From Gemmatimonadales bacterium (GTDB taxonomy: Bacteria; Gemmatimonadota; Gemmatimonadetes; Gemmatimonadales; GWC2-71-9): DNA of 64,000 nt. The notes below the pieces were generated by a model. The model did no database searches, was not told the origin of the DNA, and saw nothing but the letters and a program-made list of their open reading frames with translations. A program made the position numbers and the translations under genes. The stretch covers positions 16,809 through 80,808 of the forward strand of contig JBGATI010000013.1 in NCBI GenBank assembly GCA_044229245.1, read 5' to 3'. Below, in pieces: positions 32,051-42,301 of the stretch (position 1 is the stretch's first letter; each line of letters starts with the position of its first letter).

Positions 32051-32745
32051 AGTAGTCCCGCAGTCACGAAGCTCAGGAAACGGTCTCCCGCCACGATCAC
32101 ATGATCGTACACGGGCAAATCAAGCAGACGACCCGCCTCGACCAGCTGACGAGTGACTGCCCGGTCCTCCGGCGAGGGCGAAGGGTCGCCGCTCGGATGA
32201 TTGTGCACCACGATGATCCCGGCCGCCGCCTCGGCGATCGCGGCCCGGAACACCTCGCGCGGGTGAACCAGCGCACTGTTGAGCAACCCGCGGGTCACCA
32301 GCACATCGCGCCGTACCCGGCTCTGGCTGTCGAGCGCGAGTACGTGAAACTCCTCGACCGCCAGATCCCTGAGCCTGGGCCCGAGCAGCGCTGCCACATC
32401 GGCGGGATCTCGCACCCGGGGCTGTGATGGCCGCTGTTCCTGCAGGACACGGGCCGCCAGCTCGAAGGCGGCAAGCAGTCTCGCCGCCTTGGCAGGTCCG
32501 ACCCCGCGGGTCCGGGTCAGCTCGGCCGGCGGCCGCGCGGCGAGGCTCCGCAGCGAGCCTCCGCCCCGCTCGAGCAGGGAGTCGGCGACCTCCCGCGCCG
32601 CCACTCCCGCTTCTCCCGTCCCTAGCAGGATGGCGACAAGTTCGGCCGACGTCAACGCGGAGGCCCCGAGGGCCCAGAGACGCTCCCGGGGCCGGTCGGG
32701 GGACAAAGTGGCTGGGTCGGGGTGGCTCATCCCCCAAAATGGCAT
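32047..32745 (-). CDS. radC: RadC-family JAB-domain protein
   Basis: ELVAILLGTG is followed by a helix-hairpin-helix (GVGPAKAARLLAAFELA) and a JAMM region (IIVVHNHPSGDPSPSPED). The start may be the ATG at 32730. Confidence 0.85.
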
Positions 32746-32813
32746 CGGGGCTGGCGCGTCCGGTCACCCGGAAAACGCACCGGGACCGGGATGCGGCGGT
32801 GTCCGGATGTCAG

Positions 32814-32841
32814 AACCCCCGGGATGATGGTCCCGGGGGTT
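32814..32841 (-). terminator. Strong stem-loop downstream of secA
   Basis: An 11 bp stem pairs AACCCCCGGGA (32814-32824) with TCCCGGGGGTT (32831-32841). The U-tract is weak. Confidence 0.5.
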
Positions 32842-32883
32842 TCATGGTCCTGCCAGCCACCCGACCATCGAGGTGGCGAACCG

Positions 32884-35800
32884 CTATTTCCCGACCCCAT
32901 GGCACTTCTTGTACTTCTTGCCCGAGCCACAGGGGCAGGGATCGTTGCGGCCTACCTCGCCCTGGGGTCCACCGACGGAACTCGGGACGAGCGGCCCCCG
33001 GTTGGTGGTCACGACGGGGGGCGTCGGGAGTCGGGGCCCGACCGAGGGCGGCGGCGGAGCGATGGCCGCCTCCCGTGCATCAGGCGCAAACATGTCATCC
33101 GCTCCGGTCGACGCCGGAACCGCGCGCGGCGGCGGAGGCGGCGGGGCCACGGGCCGCTGCGGTTCGGCCGAGACCTGGATCTTGAGGAACCGCTCGGTGA
33201 AGCTGGCATGGATGTCCCGCATGAGGTCTTCGAACATGTCGAAGGCCTCCTTCTTGTACTCCACCAGTGGATCGCGCTGGCCGTAGGCGCGGTACTGGAT
33301 GGCGTTCCGCAGCTGATCGAGATCGTAGAGGTGGTCCTTCCACTTCTCGTCGAGCACGGTCAGCATCACGGTCGAGAGCACCTGGCCATCCACATCGGTG
33401 GCGCCGACCTGGCCGCCAAATTCCTGCAGGTACGCGATCTTCCGCTGGAAGGCCTCGTGGCCAGCGGCCTTGGCCGCCGCGGTGATCTTATCCGCCGTCG
33501 GGGTCTTCCCCTGATCGGTGACGTCGGGGACCTCGATCATGAACTGCAGCATCAGCGACTGCTGCAGCCCGCCCCGGTCGTAGTCCTCCGGCTTCTGGGC
33601 CTCGAGCAGCGCCATCGCAACGGCGCGCTCCATGGCCTGGTCGACCATCCGTATCGCTTCGGCCTTGATCTGCTCGCCCCGCTCGAGGGCGAAGAGCCGC
33701 AGCGAGTAGACGACGTCCCGCTGCTGATTCATCACGTCGTCGTACTCGAGCAGCCGCTTGCGCGACTGGAAGTTCTGGAGTTCGACGCGCTTCTGCGCCT
33801 GACTGATCGCGCCCGTGACCCACGGATGCGAGATCACCTCGCCCTCCTCCGCGCCGCCCTTGTCCATCCAGCCGGCGATGCGGTCCGACCCGAAGAGGCG
33901 CATCAGGTCGTCTTCGAGGGACAGGAAGAAGAGCGACCGTCCCGGATCGCCCTGGCGGCCGGAACGCCCGCGCAGCTGGCGGTCGATGCGGCGTGACTCG
34001 TGGCGCTCCGTGCCGATGATCTGCAGGCCGTCCACGTCCTCCACCTTCGACACGTCCGGGCCGAGTTTGATGTCGGTACCACGGCCGGCCATGTTGGTGG
34101 CGATCGTGATCGCGCCCCGCTGCCCGGCGCCGGCGACGATCTCCGCCTCGCGCTGGTGGTACTTGGCGTTGAGGACCTCGTGCTTGAGCCCGCGCCGCTT
34201 GAGCTGCCGGGAGAGCGTCTCCGACACCTCGACGGTGACGGTACCGATCAGGCACGGGAGCCCGGCGTTGTGGAGCCGCTCGATCTCATCGAGGATCGCG
34301 TTGGTCTTCTCGCGGCGGGTCTTGTAGATCCGGTCTTCCTCGTCCACCCGCTTGATGGGGCGATTGGTGGGGATGACCGAGACCTCGAGGCCGTAGATCG
34401 TGAAGAACTCCTGCTCCTCGGTCTCGGCCGTACCCGTCATGCCGGCGATCTTGTCGTACATCCGGAAGTAGTTCTGGATGGTGATCGTCGCCATCGTCTG
34501 GGTCTCGCCCTTGACCTGCACTCCCTCCTTGGCCTCCACGGCCTGGTGCAGTCCGTCCGACCAGCGCCGCCCGGTCATCACGCGGCCGGTGAACTCGTCC
34601 ACGATCACCACCTGCCCGTCCTGTACCAGGTAGTCCACTTCCTTCTCGTAGAGGACGTGGGCCTGGAGCAGCTTGTGGATGATGTGGAGCTTCTCGCTCT
34701 TGATGGCGTATTCGCCCTCGACCTCGCGCCGCTTCGCGACCCGCTCGGCGGGCGTCAGCGACGGGTCCCGATCGATCCGATGGACCTCCTCCGAGATGTC
34801 CGGCACCAGGAAGAGCCCGGGCTCATTCGGGGACATGGCGGCCGCGCCCTGATCGGTGAGATGGACCGAGTGGCCCTTCTCATCGAGGACGAAGAACAGC
34901 GCTTCCTCGAGGTCGCGCATCCCCTGCTGCCGCATCGGCAGCTTGCGGTCGGCGATATGGTCGAGCTCGACCCGCTGCACCGCGGCCTTCACGCCCTGCT
35001 CGTTCAGCAGCTTGAGCAGCTTCTTGTTCTTCGGCATGCCGAGCCGGGAGATGTAGAGCTTCCGCGCGGCATCCATGGCGGTCTTCGGATCGGCCAGGAG
35101 CGGCTCTGCCTCGGCGATCAGCGTGCTGACCACACCGTTCTGCCGGCGCACGAGTTCGACCACCTGCCGGTTGAACTGGGCGTACTTCTCGTCGTTCTCG
35201 TTGCCGACCGGGCCGGAGATGATCAGCGGCGTCCGCGCCTCGTCGATGAGGATCGAGTCCACCTCGTCGATGATCGCGTAGGCGTGCTCGCGCTGGACCC
35301 GCTGGTCCAGCGAAAACACCATGTTGTCGCGGAGATAGTCGAAGCCGAATTCGTTGTTGGTGCCGTACGTGATGTCGGCGTTGTACGCGGCCCGCCGATT
35401 GGGCGAACTCGGCTCGGTGTCGTCGAGACAGCCGACCGTGAGCCCGAGGTAGGTGTAGACGTGCCCCATCCACTGGGAGTCGCGCCGGGCCAGGTAGTTG
35501 TTGACCGTGACCAGGTGGGATCCGCGCCCCGCGAGGGCGTTGAGATAGAGCGGCAGCGTCGCGACGAGGGTCTTGCCTTCGCCCGTCGCCATCTCGGCGA
35601 TGCGGCCCTGGTGCAGCACGATACCGCCGATGAGCTGCACGTCGTACGGCACCATGTCCCAGATCAGCTCGCGGCCGGTCACCGTGACCGTGGTGCCGAC
35701 CAGGCGACGGCAGGCCTCGCGGACCGTTGCGAAGGCCTCAGGCAGGATCTCGTCGAGCGCGGCGGCAAGCGCCTTCTTCAGGCGCTCTTCGAGGTCGGAG

Positions 35801-36072
35801 AACCGGGCTTCGAGCTTGTCGCGCTCGACGGGATCGGCGCAGTCGTGGCGGAGCTGGCGCACCTCTTCCAGCTCACGCCGGAGCGCGCCGGTACGCTCCG
35901 CGATGATCTCGCGGAACCGGGGGGTCTGGGCCTTGAGCTGCTCTTCGGAGTAGTCCTTGAGCACCGCCTCGTGTCGCTTGATGGCGTCGACGAGGGGCTG
36001 GACCTTTTTCACTTCCCGCTGGAACCGGGTGCCGAAGAGCTTGGTGAGCGGCTTCTGAAGGAAATCAAGCAT
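32884..36072 (-). CDS. secA: Preprotein translocase ATPase SecA
   Basis: The preferred ATG at 36072 gives MLDFLQKPLTKLFGT. DEAD-like motor motifs are present (MATGEGKTLVATLP, IIDEVDSILIDEARTPLIISG). There is a C-terminal zinc finger, CPCGSGKKYKKCHG. Confidence 0.95.
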   Translation of the reverse strand: MLDFLQKPLTKLFGTRFQREVKKVQPLVDAIKRHEAVLKDYSEEQLKAQTPRFREIIAERTGALRRELEEVRQLRHDCADPVERDKLEARFSDLEERLKKALAAALDEILPEAFATVREACRRLVGTTVTVTGRELIWDMVPYDVQLIGGIVLHQGRIAEMATGEGKTLVATLPLYLNALAGRGSHLVTVNNYLARRDSQWMGHVYTYLGLTVGCLDDTEPSSPNRRAAYNADITYGTNNEFGFDYLRDNMVFSLDQRVQREHAYAIIDEVDSILIDEARTPLIISGPVGNENDEKYAQFNRQVVELVRRQNGVVSTLIAEAEPLLADPKTAMDAARKLYISRLGMPKNKKLLKLLNEQGVKAAVQRVELDHIADRKLPMRQQGMRDLEEALFFVLDEKGHSVHLTDQGAAAMSPNEPGLFLVPDISEEVHRIDRDPSLTPAERVAKRREVEGEYAIKSEKLHIIHKLLQAHVLYEKEVDYLVQDGQVVIVDEFTGRVMTGRRWSDGLHQAVEAKEGVQVKGETQTMATITIQNYFRMYDKIAGMTGTAETEEQEFFTIYGLEVSVIPTNRPIKRVDEEDRIYKTRREKTNAILDEIERLHNAGLPCLIGTVTVEVSETLSRQLKRRGLKHEVLNAKYHQREAEIVAGAGQRGAITIATNMAGRGTDIKLGPDVSKVEDVDGLQIIGTERHESRRIDRQLRGRSGRQGDPGRSLFFLSLEDDLMRLFGSDRIAGWMDKGGAEEGEVISHPWVTGAISQAQKRVELQNFQSRKRLLEYDDVMNQQRDVVYSLRLFALERGEQIKAEAIRMVDQAMERAVAMALLEAQKPEDYDRGGLQQSLMLQFMIEVPDVTDQGKTPTADKITAAAKAAGHEAFQRKIAYLQEFGGQVGATDVDGQVLSTVMLTVLDEKWKDHLYDLDQLRNAIQYRAYGQRDPLVEYKKEAFDMFEDLMRDIHASFTERFLKIQVSAEPQRPVAPPPPPPRAVPASTGADDMFAPDAREAAIAPPPPSVGPRLPTPPVVTTNRGPLVPSSVGGPQGEVGRNDPCPCGSGKKYKKCHGVGK

Positions 36073-36637
36073 CGGGCAAATATAACCGGTCCGCGGCGAT
36101 ACACTCCGCGACAGGGTCAGGCACCCAGTAGCGGATCGAACGCCCTTCGGCAACCCGCTGGCGGATTTCGGTGGCGGAGATGTCCACTGCGGGCACCGTC
36201 ACCCCGCGAACCGGCCAGGGCAGCCGGGGGACGGGTACCCCGGGACGGGCAAAGACGACCAGGGTCGCCAGCGTGGGAAGCGCCTCGGCCTGATACCAGG
36301 TCGCCATGTCCCGGGCGGCATCGGCCCCGACAAGCAGGGCAAACTCCCGACCCGGCTCCCGCGTCCGCAGGGCTCGAAGCGTGTCGACGGTATACGACGG
36401 CCCCGTGCGCTCGAGTTCGGCGGTTTCCAGGCGGAATCTGGGCTCACCCGCGATCGCGAGTGCCACCATCCGGGCACGGAGCTCGGCAGGTGCAAAGTGC
36501 CGCCCGATCTTGAAGGGCTGTTCCCGCGCCGGGACGAAGCGCAGCTCCTCGAGGCCCAGGACGTCGACGACGGCCTGGGCGGCAAGGAGATGCCCATGAT
36601 GAATGGGATCGAACGACCCGCCGAAGACACCGATCAT
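36065..36637 (-). CDS. nadD: Nicotinate-nucleotide adenylyltransferase
   Basis: MIGVFGGSFDPIHHGHL is the HxGH nucleotidyltransferase motif. 190 aa. The stop overlaps the secA start by 8 nt. Confidence 0.9.
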   Translation of the reverse strand: MIGVFGGSFDPIHHGHLLAAQAVVDVLGLEELRFVPAREQPFKIGRHFAPAELRARMVALAIAGEPRFRLETAELERTGPSYTVDTLRALRTREPGREFALLVGADAARDMATWYQAEALPTLATLVVFARPGVPVPRLPWPVRGVTVPAVDISATEIRQRVAEGRSIRYWVPDPVAECIAADRLYLPDA

Positions 36638-36672
36638 GCGAGCCCCTGGGCCGGCGGCGTGGACGGCCCGGC

Positions 36673-37497
36673 CTAGCTCCCCGCGGGCGGGGAGGCGGGC
36701 GTCGAATCCGTGGGCGCCGGGCAGCTCGCGTCGACGCCCGGCGCACTTGGATGGTACCGGCGGATGTAGCCGCAGGTCTCCCTCATGTCCTCGGCGTACC
36801 CGACTTTGCGATACGATTCGACCAGCCTGAGCAGCACGGCCGGCGTGATGGCCGCTCTGGGGTAGGTCGCGGCGATGTCCTTGAGGTAGAGAATCGCGGA
36901 GTCGTATGCCTTGAGCTTGTAGTAGTAGTCCGCCGCCTTGAATTCCTTGCGGGCGAAGAACTCCTCGAGCTCGGCGATGCGCAACCGTCCCCGGGCCGTG
37001 GCCGGAGAATCGGGATACCGGTTCAACAGTTCCTGGTAGGTCGCGAGCGCGGTCTGCCCGTAGGTAGGATCGAGTTCCGGCCGGCGCCAGAGATCGGCGT
37101 AGGCGTCACCCGCCCGGAGCAGCGCATCGGGGGCGAGAACCGCATCAGGGGTATCGTCCGCCACCTTCCGGAACTCCCGTGCCGCCTGCAGCTGACTCTT
37201 CTGCCCCATGTAGCATTCCGCCAGCCGATAGCGCGCTTCGATGGCGAGCGTATCCCGGTCGGGGACCTCGAGCGTCACGCGCTCGAGGAGCGTCGCCGCC
37301 TTCCCCCAGTGCCCCCGGGCAAACTCCCGCTTGGCCCTCACCCACAGGGCCTCGACTTCTTCGCGGGAGATGGCGGTCGTGGCCGGCGACGGGCCGGTCA
37401 CGGGCTTTGCGCCCCGGTGGCCACAGGCTGCGGCCAGCAGAGCCAGCGCGGTGAGGGCCGCGCGAGAAGGCAAACGCACTGGTTTCCATCCTCTCAT
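36673..37497 (-). CDS. bamD: Outer membrane protein assembly factor BamD (YfiO-like TPR lipoprotein)
   Basis: Lipobox LLAAAC. TPR-like helices run throughout (AEFRKVADDTPD..., YYYKLKAYDSAILYLKDIAATYP). The size and pattern fit BamD. Confidence 0.7.
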   Translation of the reverse strand: MRGWKPVRLPSRAALTALALLAAACGHRGAKPVTGPSPATTAISREEVEALWVRAKREFARGHWGKAATLLERVTLEVPDRDTLAIEARYRLAECYMGQKSQLQAAREFRKVADDTPDAVLAPDALLRAGDAYADLWRRPELDPTYGQTALATYQELLNRYPDSPATARGRLRIAELEEFFARKEFKAADYYYKLKAYDSAILYLKDIAATYPRAAITPAVLLRLVESYRKVGYAEDMRETCGYIRRYHPSAPGVDASCPAPTDSTPASPPAGS

Positions 37498-38390
37498 CAC
37501 TGGGAATCCGCCGACGCGGCCTTCGCGCCAAGCTGCGCGAGGCGCGCTGAAGCCAGCGTGACGATGGAATCACTCGCCCCTGGCTTCATGGCGTCCTGAA
37601 ACGCGATCGTCGCGCCAAGCAGGTCCCCCTGCACGATCCGCGCGTCTCCAATACCGATCAGGGCACGCCGCCCCGACTCCGAGGTCGAGTCATTCGCCAC
37701 GACCCGTCCGAACCACTGCAGCGCCACCTCCGGCTTCTGCACCAGCAGCGCCTCGAGGCCGAGTTGCACTCCACACACCCCCAGCCCGTTGACGGCGCGC
37801 TGCCGGAGAATGGCATCACGTGAACGGCGCAGCACCGTCTGGAACACCTCGGCGGCATCGGCGCACGCCGTGGTGCTCTGCAGGGCACTCCCGAACTGGA
37901 TCAGCACCTGGTCGACCGCGGCCGCGTCGCCGGCCGCGGCGAGCGCGTTGGGCCCGATGCCCACCGCCTGGGTGGGCTGCAGTCGGCCGCTCTTCACCAG
38001 CGCGATCGTATGCCGGGGACTGACCCGCTCCGGCGCCAGTCGCCGGAGGTCCTCGACCGCCTCCTCGAGAGCCGCGCTCACGGCGGCCTGATCCGCGGCA
38101 CGCGCCACCTGTTCGAGACCCCGGGCCGCCTCGGTCACGCGGCTCGGATCGGCGCTGGCCAGATGTTCATACGCCTGGGCCGCCTCCCGGTACTCGCCGG
38201 CCTTGAGGGCCGCCGAGCCCAGCTTGGCCCAGACGCCCGCCGTGGCATCGGTACGGCTCGCGGCGCGGTATTCGTCGAGCGCGGTGGCGTACTCGCCCAG
38301 ACCGTACGCGGTGTCACCCAGCCGCTCGTGGTCCGCGGCCGAGCCGGCGCAGGCCACCAGAACGACGAGCGACAGGGCCCAGCGTTTCAC
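37497..38390 (-). CDS. Lipoprotein with TPR-like helices, function unknown
   Basis: The GTG start gives MKRWALSLVVLVACAGSA, which holds a lipobox. The body is Ala-rich and helical (YGLGEYATALDEYRAA..., GEYREAAQAYEHLA). Confidence 0.6.
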   Translation of the reverse strand: MKRWALSLVVLVACAGSAADHERLGDTAYGLGEYATALDEYRAASRTDATAGVWAKLGSAALKAGEYREAAQAYEHLASADPSRVTEAARGLEQVARAADQAAVSAALEEAVEDLRRLAPERVSPRHTIALVKSGRLQPTQAVGIGPNALAAAGDAAAVDQVLIQFGSALQSTTACADAAEVFQTVLRRSRDAILRQRAVNGLGVCGVQLGLEALLVQKPEVALQWFGRVVANDSTSESGRRALIGIGDARIVQGDLLGATIAFQDAMKPGASDSIVTLASARLAQLGAKAASADSQ

Positions 38391-39094
38391 TCGCTGGTCC
38401 GCTCCAGCATCGCGAGGTAGGCCTCGACGCGGGCATTCTTGGGCCGGGCCAGCAGACAGTCCCGCCAGACCTGCTGGGCGCCCGCCGCGTCCCCCGACAG
38501 GTAGCGGGCGAGCCCGAGGGAGGCGAGCGCATCGACGAAGTTCGGGCGATCCCCGACGACGCGCTCCAGTTCCTCGCGGGCGGCGAGGACATCGCCGGAT
38601 TCGAGCAGGGCGCGGGCCAGTTTGTAGCGCAGGTCGGCGAAGTTCGGTCCGAGCTCGACGGCGCGGCGGTACTGCTCGATCGCCAGCGCCATCGCGCCTG
38701 ACTCGGCGTAGGCGGCCGCGAGGAGCGCGTGATGATTGGCCAGATTCGCCGCCACGTGCGCCGGGAAGCCGGACTCCTGCGCCGCATTGTGGGCGGCGGC
38801 GTGGCGGAAGGCATCCTCCGCCTCCTCGGTCCGGCCGAGGTCGTTGAGCAGGATCCCCCGGTGGATATGGGCCTCGATGTACCGGGGATTCAGCTCCAGC
38901 GCCTTGCCGAAGTGCTCCAGCGCGCGTTGGGGCTGGCCCAGCATGGCGTAGCTCAGTCCGAGCAGGTGGTGGCAGTCGGCGAAGTCTCTGCCGGACTCCA
39001 CGATTTCCCGGAGCAGATGCACCGCGCCGTAATAGTCCTGCAGCGCGAAGCGCTCGCGGGCCTGATTGATCAGCGGTTCGTCACTGACGCGCAT
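38387..39094 (-). CDS. TPR repeat protein
   Basis: 235 aa with consecutive canonical TPRs (HHLLGLSYAMLGQPQRALEHFGKALELNPRYIEAH...). No signal peptide is evident. Confidence 0.7.
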   Translation of the reverse strand: MRVSDEPLINQARERFALQDYYGAVHLLREIVESGRDFADCHHLLGLSYAMLGQPQRALEHFGKALELNPRYIEAHIHRGILLNDLGRTEEAEDAFRHAAAHNAAQESGFPAHVAANLANHHALLAAAYAESGAMALAIEQYRRAVELGPNFADLRYKLARALLESGDVLAAREELERVVGDRPNFVDALASLGLARYLSGDAAGAQQVWRDCLLARPKNARVEAYLAMLERTSE

Positions 39095-40046
39095 GAGTCT
39101 CCCGGAACCAGGCGACGAAACGGCGAATCCCCTCGGGGAATGGCGTGGCCGGACGATACCCCAGCATCCGGCCGGACTTGGTCAGATCAGCGGAGGTGAG
39201 CCGGACATCCCCCGGCTGGCGCCCGCCCCGCTCGATCCGGGCGTCCAGCCCCAGGGCGGCGGAAATCTCGGCGATCATCCGCGAGAGCGCTATGGTCTCG
39301 TTGCCACCGAGGTTGAAGGCCTCGAGGCCCACCGGCGCCCCCTCCGTCCAGTCGAGGGCGGCGATGACGCCGCTCACGATGTCATCAATATAGGTGTAGT
39401 CGCGCGCCTCGCTGCCATCTCCGAACATCGTGATCGGCTCCCCGGCGCTTATGCGGCGGGTGAAGCTGTGGATCGCGAGGTCGGGACGCTGGCGCGGCCC
39501 GTAGACGGTGAAGAAGCGGAGGGACGCCACCTTCAGGCCATGGTGCGGGGCGAGCGCCTCCAGGACCAGTTCCCCGGCCCGCTTGGTCGCCGCGTAGGGC
39601 GAGATCGGGTGCACTGCCGCGGCATCTTCACGGAACGGGGGCGTCGTGTCGTCCCCATAGACCGAAGAGGAGGAGCCGAAGACGAAACGGGTCACCCCCG
39701 CCTGACGAGCGGCATCGATGAGCGACTGGGTGCCGGTGATGTTCGCACGGACATAGCCCGAGGGGTCCTGCAGCGAAGGCCGCACGCCCGCCTTGGCCGC
39801 GAGGTGGACGACGACGGTATCGGGAGTCAGGAGGCGAAGGACCGCCTCGGTGTCGAGGATGTCGGTTTCGCTGAAGTTGAACCCTGCGTGCGAGCGCGGG
39901 CCCGCGAGATTGCGCTCCTTGATCGGCCGGGCGTAGAAGGGATCGAAGTTGTCGATGCCGGTGACGAGGTCACCCCTGGCGAGAAGCTGCTCGGCCAGAT
40001 GCGATCCGATGAAGCCTGCGGCGCCCGTGAGAAGAACCCGCGTCAT
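39081..40046 (-). CDS. NAD-dependent sugar-nucleotide epimerase, UDP-glucuronate 4-epimerase-like
   Basis: The ATG at 40046 gives [22 protein letters not shown] catalytic motif. [15 protein letters not shown] is typical of UDP-GlcA epimerases as I recall them. Confidence 0.7.
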   Translation of the reverse strand: MTRVLLTGAAGFIGSHLAEQLLARGDLVTGIDNFDPFYARPIKERNLAGPRSHAGFNFSETDILDTEAVLRLLTPDTVVVHLAAKAGVRPSLQDPSGYVRANITGTQSLIDAARQAGVTRFVFGSSSSVYGDDTTPPFREDAAAVHPISPYAATKRAGELVLEALAPHHGLKVASLRFFTVYGPRQRPDLAIHSFTRRISAGEPITMFGDGSEARDYTYIDDIVSGVIAALDWTEGAPVGLEAFNLGGNETIALSRMIAEISAALGLDARIERGGRQPGDVRLTSADLTKSGRMLGYRPATPFPEGIRRFVAWFRETHARQ

Positions 40047-40978
40047 CGGCCGAGGACGCCCGCGAAGTAGGCGATGGTGTGCTTGAGGCCCTCTTCGAGC
40101 GAGACCTTCGGCTCCCAGCCCAGCAGGGTCCGGGCCCGGGTGATGTCGGGCTTGCGTACCTTCGGATCGTCGGTCGGCAGCGGGCGCTGCTCGATCTTCG
40201 ACTTCGAGCCGGTCATCTTGAGCACCAGCTCGGCGAGCTGGCGCACCGTGAATTCGTTCGGATTGCCGATGTTGGTCGGATCGGTGAGGTCGCTCATGAA
40301 GAGCCGGTAGATGCCGTCGACCTCGTCGGAGACGTAGCAGAAGGACCGGGTCTGCTGCCCCTCGCCGTAGACCGTCAGCGGTTCCCCCTTGAGCGCCTGC
40401 ACCACGAAGTTGGACACCACCCGGCCGTCCCGCGCCCGCATCCGGGGCCCGTAGGTGTTGAAGATCCGGATGATGCGGGTATCGATGTGATGATACCGGT
40501 GATAGGCCATCGTGATGGCCTCGGCGAAGCGCTTCGCCTCGTCGTAGACGCCCCGCGGACCGACCGGATTGACGTGCCCCCAGTAACTCTCCGGCTGCGG
40601 GTGCACCTGGGGATCGCCATACACCTCGGAGGTCGAGGCCAGAAAGAACCGCGCCCCTTTCGCCTTGGCGACTCCGAGCGCGTTGTGGGTGCCCAGCGAG
40701 CCGACCTTCAGGGTCTGAATGGGGAGTTCGAGGTAGTCGATGGGGCTCGCCGGCGAGGCGAAGTGCAGCACGCCGTCCAGGGGGCCATCGATGCTGATGT
40801 ACTTGCTGACATCGTGCAGGATGAACTGGAACTTCGGGTTGCCCTCGAGGTGCGCGATGTTCTCGCGGGCGCCGGTGATCAGGTTGTCCATGCCGATCAC
40901 CTCGTGGCCATCGGCCAGGAAGCGATCGGTGAGATGCGAGCCGAGGAACCCCGCCGCGCCGGTGATCAGGACTTTCAT
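40043..40978 (-). CDS. uxs: UDP-glucuronate decarboxylase (UDP-xylose synthase-like SDR)
   Basis: The ATG at 40978 gives [36 protein letters not shown]. Further motifs are YDEAKR and [10 protein letters not shown]. Confidence 0.8.
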   Translation of the reverse strand: MKVLITGAAGFLGSHLTDRFLADGHEVIGMDNLITGARENIAHLEGNPKFQFILHDVSKYISIDGPLDGVLHFASPASPIDYLELPIQTLKVGSLGTHNALGVAKAKGARFFLASTSEVYGDPQVHPQPESYWGHVNPVGPRGVYDEAKRFAEAITMAYHRYHHIDTRIIRIFNTYGPRMRARDGRVVSNFVVQALKGEPLTVYGEGQQTRSFCYVSDEVDGIYRLFMSDLTDPTNIGNPNEFTVRQLAELVLKMTGSKSKIEQRPLPTDDPKVRKPDITRARTLLGWEPKVSLEEGLKHTIAYFAGVLGR

Positions 40979-42285
40979 GACGCCTTCTTCCGGCCGATGC
41001 CGTGATAGGTGAAGCCCTGGGCGCGCATGCGCGCGGGATCGTAGAGATTGCGGCCATCGACCACCAGCGGCTGGCGGAGCAGCGCCTTCACCCGCTCGAA
41101 GTCCGGGTTGCGGTAGACCAGCCACTCCGTCACGATCGCGAGGGCGTCGGCGCCGTTGGCCGCGCTGTAGGGATCGGCCGTATAGACGATGCGGTCGCCG
41201 AAGACGTCGTGCGCCGTCTCAATCGCCTTGGGGTCGTGGGCCTGCACCCGGGCTCCGGCGGCGAGCAGCCCCTCGATCAGCGGAATGGCCGGGCTCTCGC
41301 GCATGTCGTCGGTTTCCGCCTTGAAGGCGAGTCCCCACACCCCGATCGTCTTGCCGGCGAGTCCCTGCGGGAAGGCGCCTCGCAGCTTCTCGAGCAGCAC
41401 CAGCTTCTGCTTCTCGTTGACACTCTCGACCGCGTCGAGAATCTCGAAGTTGAGCCCGACATCCCGGCCGGTGCGGATGAGCGCCTTCACGTCCTTGGGG
41501 AAGCAGGACCCGCCATACCCGGGACCGGGAAAGAGGAAGGCCTGGCCGATCCGCTTGTCGGTCCCGATGCCCTTGCGCACGTCGTTGACGTCGGCGCCGA
41601 CCCGCTCGCAGAACATGGCGACCTGGTTCATAAACGAGATGCGCGTCGCCAGCATGGCATTCGCGGCGTACTTCGTCACCTCCGCCGACGGGATGTCCAT
41701 GAAGAGCACCGGATTGCCCGTGCGGACGAACGGACCGTACAACTCCGCCATCGCTTCCCGCGCCTCCTCGGTGTCGATCCCGATCACGATGCGATCCGGC
41801 TTCATGAAGTCGTCGATCGCGGCGCCCTCCTTGAGGAACTCGGGATTGGAGCAGACGCTGAACGCCGCCGTGGTTTCCGACGCGATGGCCGCGCGCACCT
41901 TCTCGGCGGTGCCGACCGGCACCGTCGACTTGGTGACCACGATCTTGTGATTGTTCATGTGTCGGCCGATCGTCTTGGCAACCGCGAGCACGTGCTGCAG
42001 GTCCGCCGATCCGTCCTCACCCGGCGGGGTCCCGACCGCGATGAAGACCACGCGCGAGCGTTCGACCGCGGCGCCGACATCGGTCGTGAAGTTGAGCCGG
42101 CCCTCCGCCTGATTCCGGCGGACCATGTCCTCGAGTCCCGGCTCGTAGATCGGAATGTCGTTCGCGCGCAGGCGCTCGATCTTGCGGGCATCGATGTCCA
42201 CGCAGACCACATCGTTGCCAGTTTCAGAGAAGCAGGCCCCGGTCACCAGACCGACGTAGCCACTCCCGACGACCGCGACTTTCAT
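40975..42285 (-). CDS. ugd: UDP-glucose 6-dehydrogenase
   Basis: [32 protein letters not shown]...IPIYEPGL...GGSCFPKDV, which contains the catalytic Cys motif. Confidence 0.9.
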   Translation of the reverse strand: MKVAVVGSGYVGLVTGACFSETGNDVVCVDIDARKIERLRANDIPIYEPGLEDMVRRNQAEGRLNFTTDVGAAVERSRVVFIAVGTPPGEDGSADLQHVLAVAKTIGRHMNNHKIVVTKSTVPVGTAEKVRAAIASETTAAFSVCSNPEFLKEGAAIDDFMKPDRIVIGIDTEEAREAMAELYGPFVRTGNPVLFMDIPSAEVTKYAANAMLATRISFMNQVAMFCERVGADVNDVRKGIGTDKRIGQAFLFPGPGYGGSCFPKDVKALIRTGRDVGLNFEILDAVESVNEKQKLVLLEKLRGAFPQGLAGKTIGVWGLAFKAETDDMRESPAIPLIEGLLAAGARVQAHDPKAIETAHDVFGDRIVYTADPYSAANGADALAIVTEWLVYRNPDFERVKALLRQPLVVDGRNLYDPARMRAQGFTYHGIGRKKAS

Positions 42286-42301
42286 CCTCGCCTCGCTGCG
42301 C

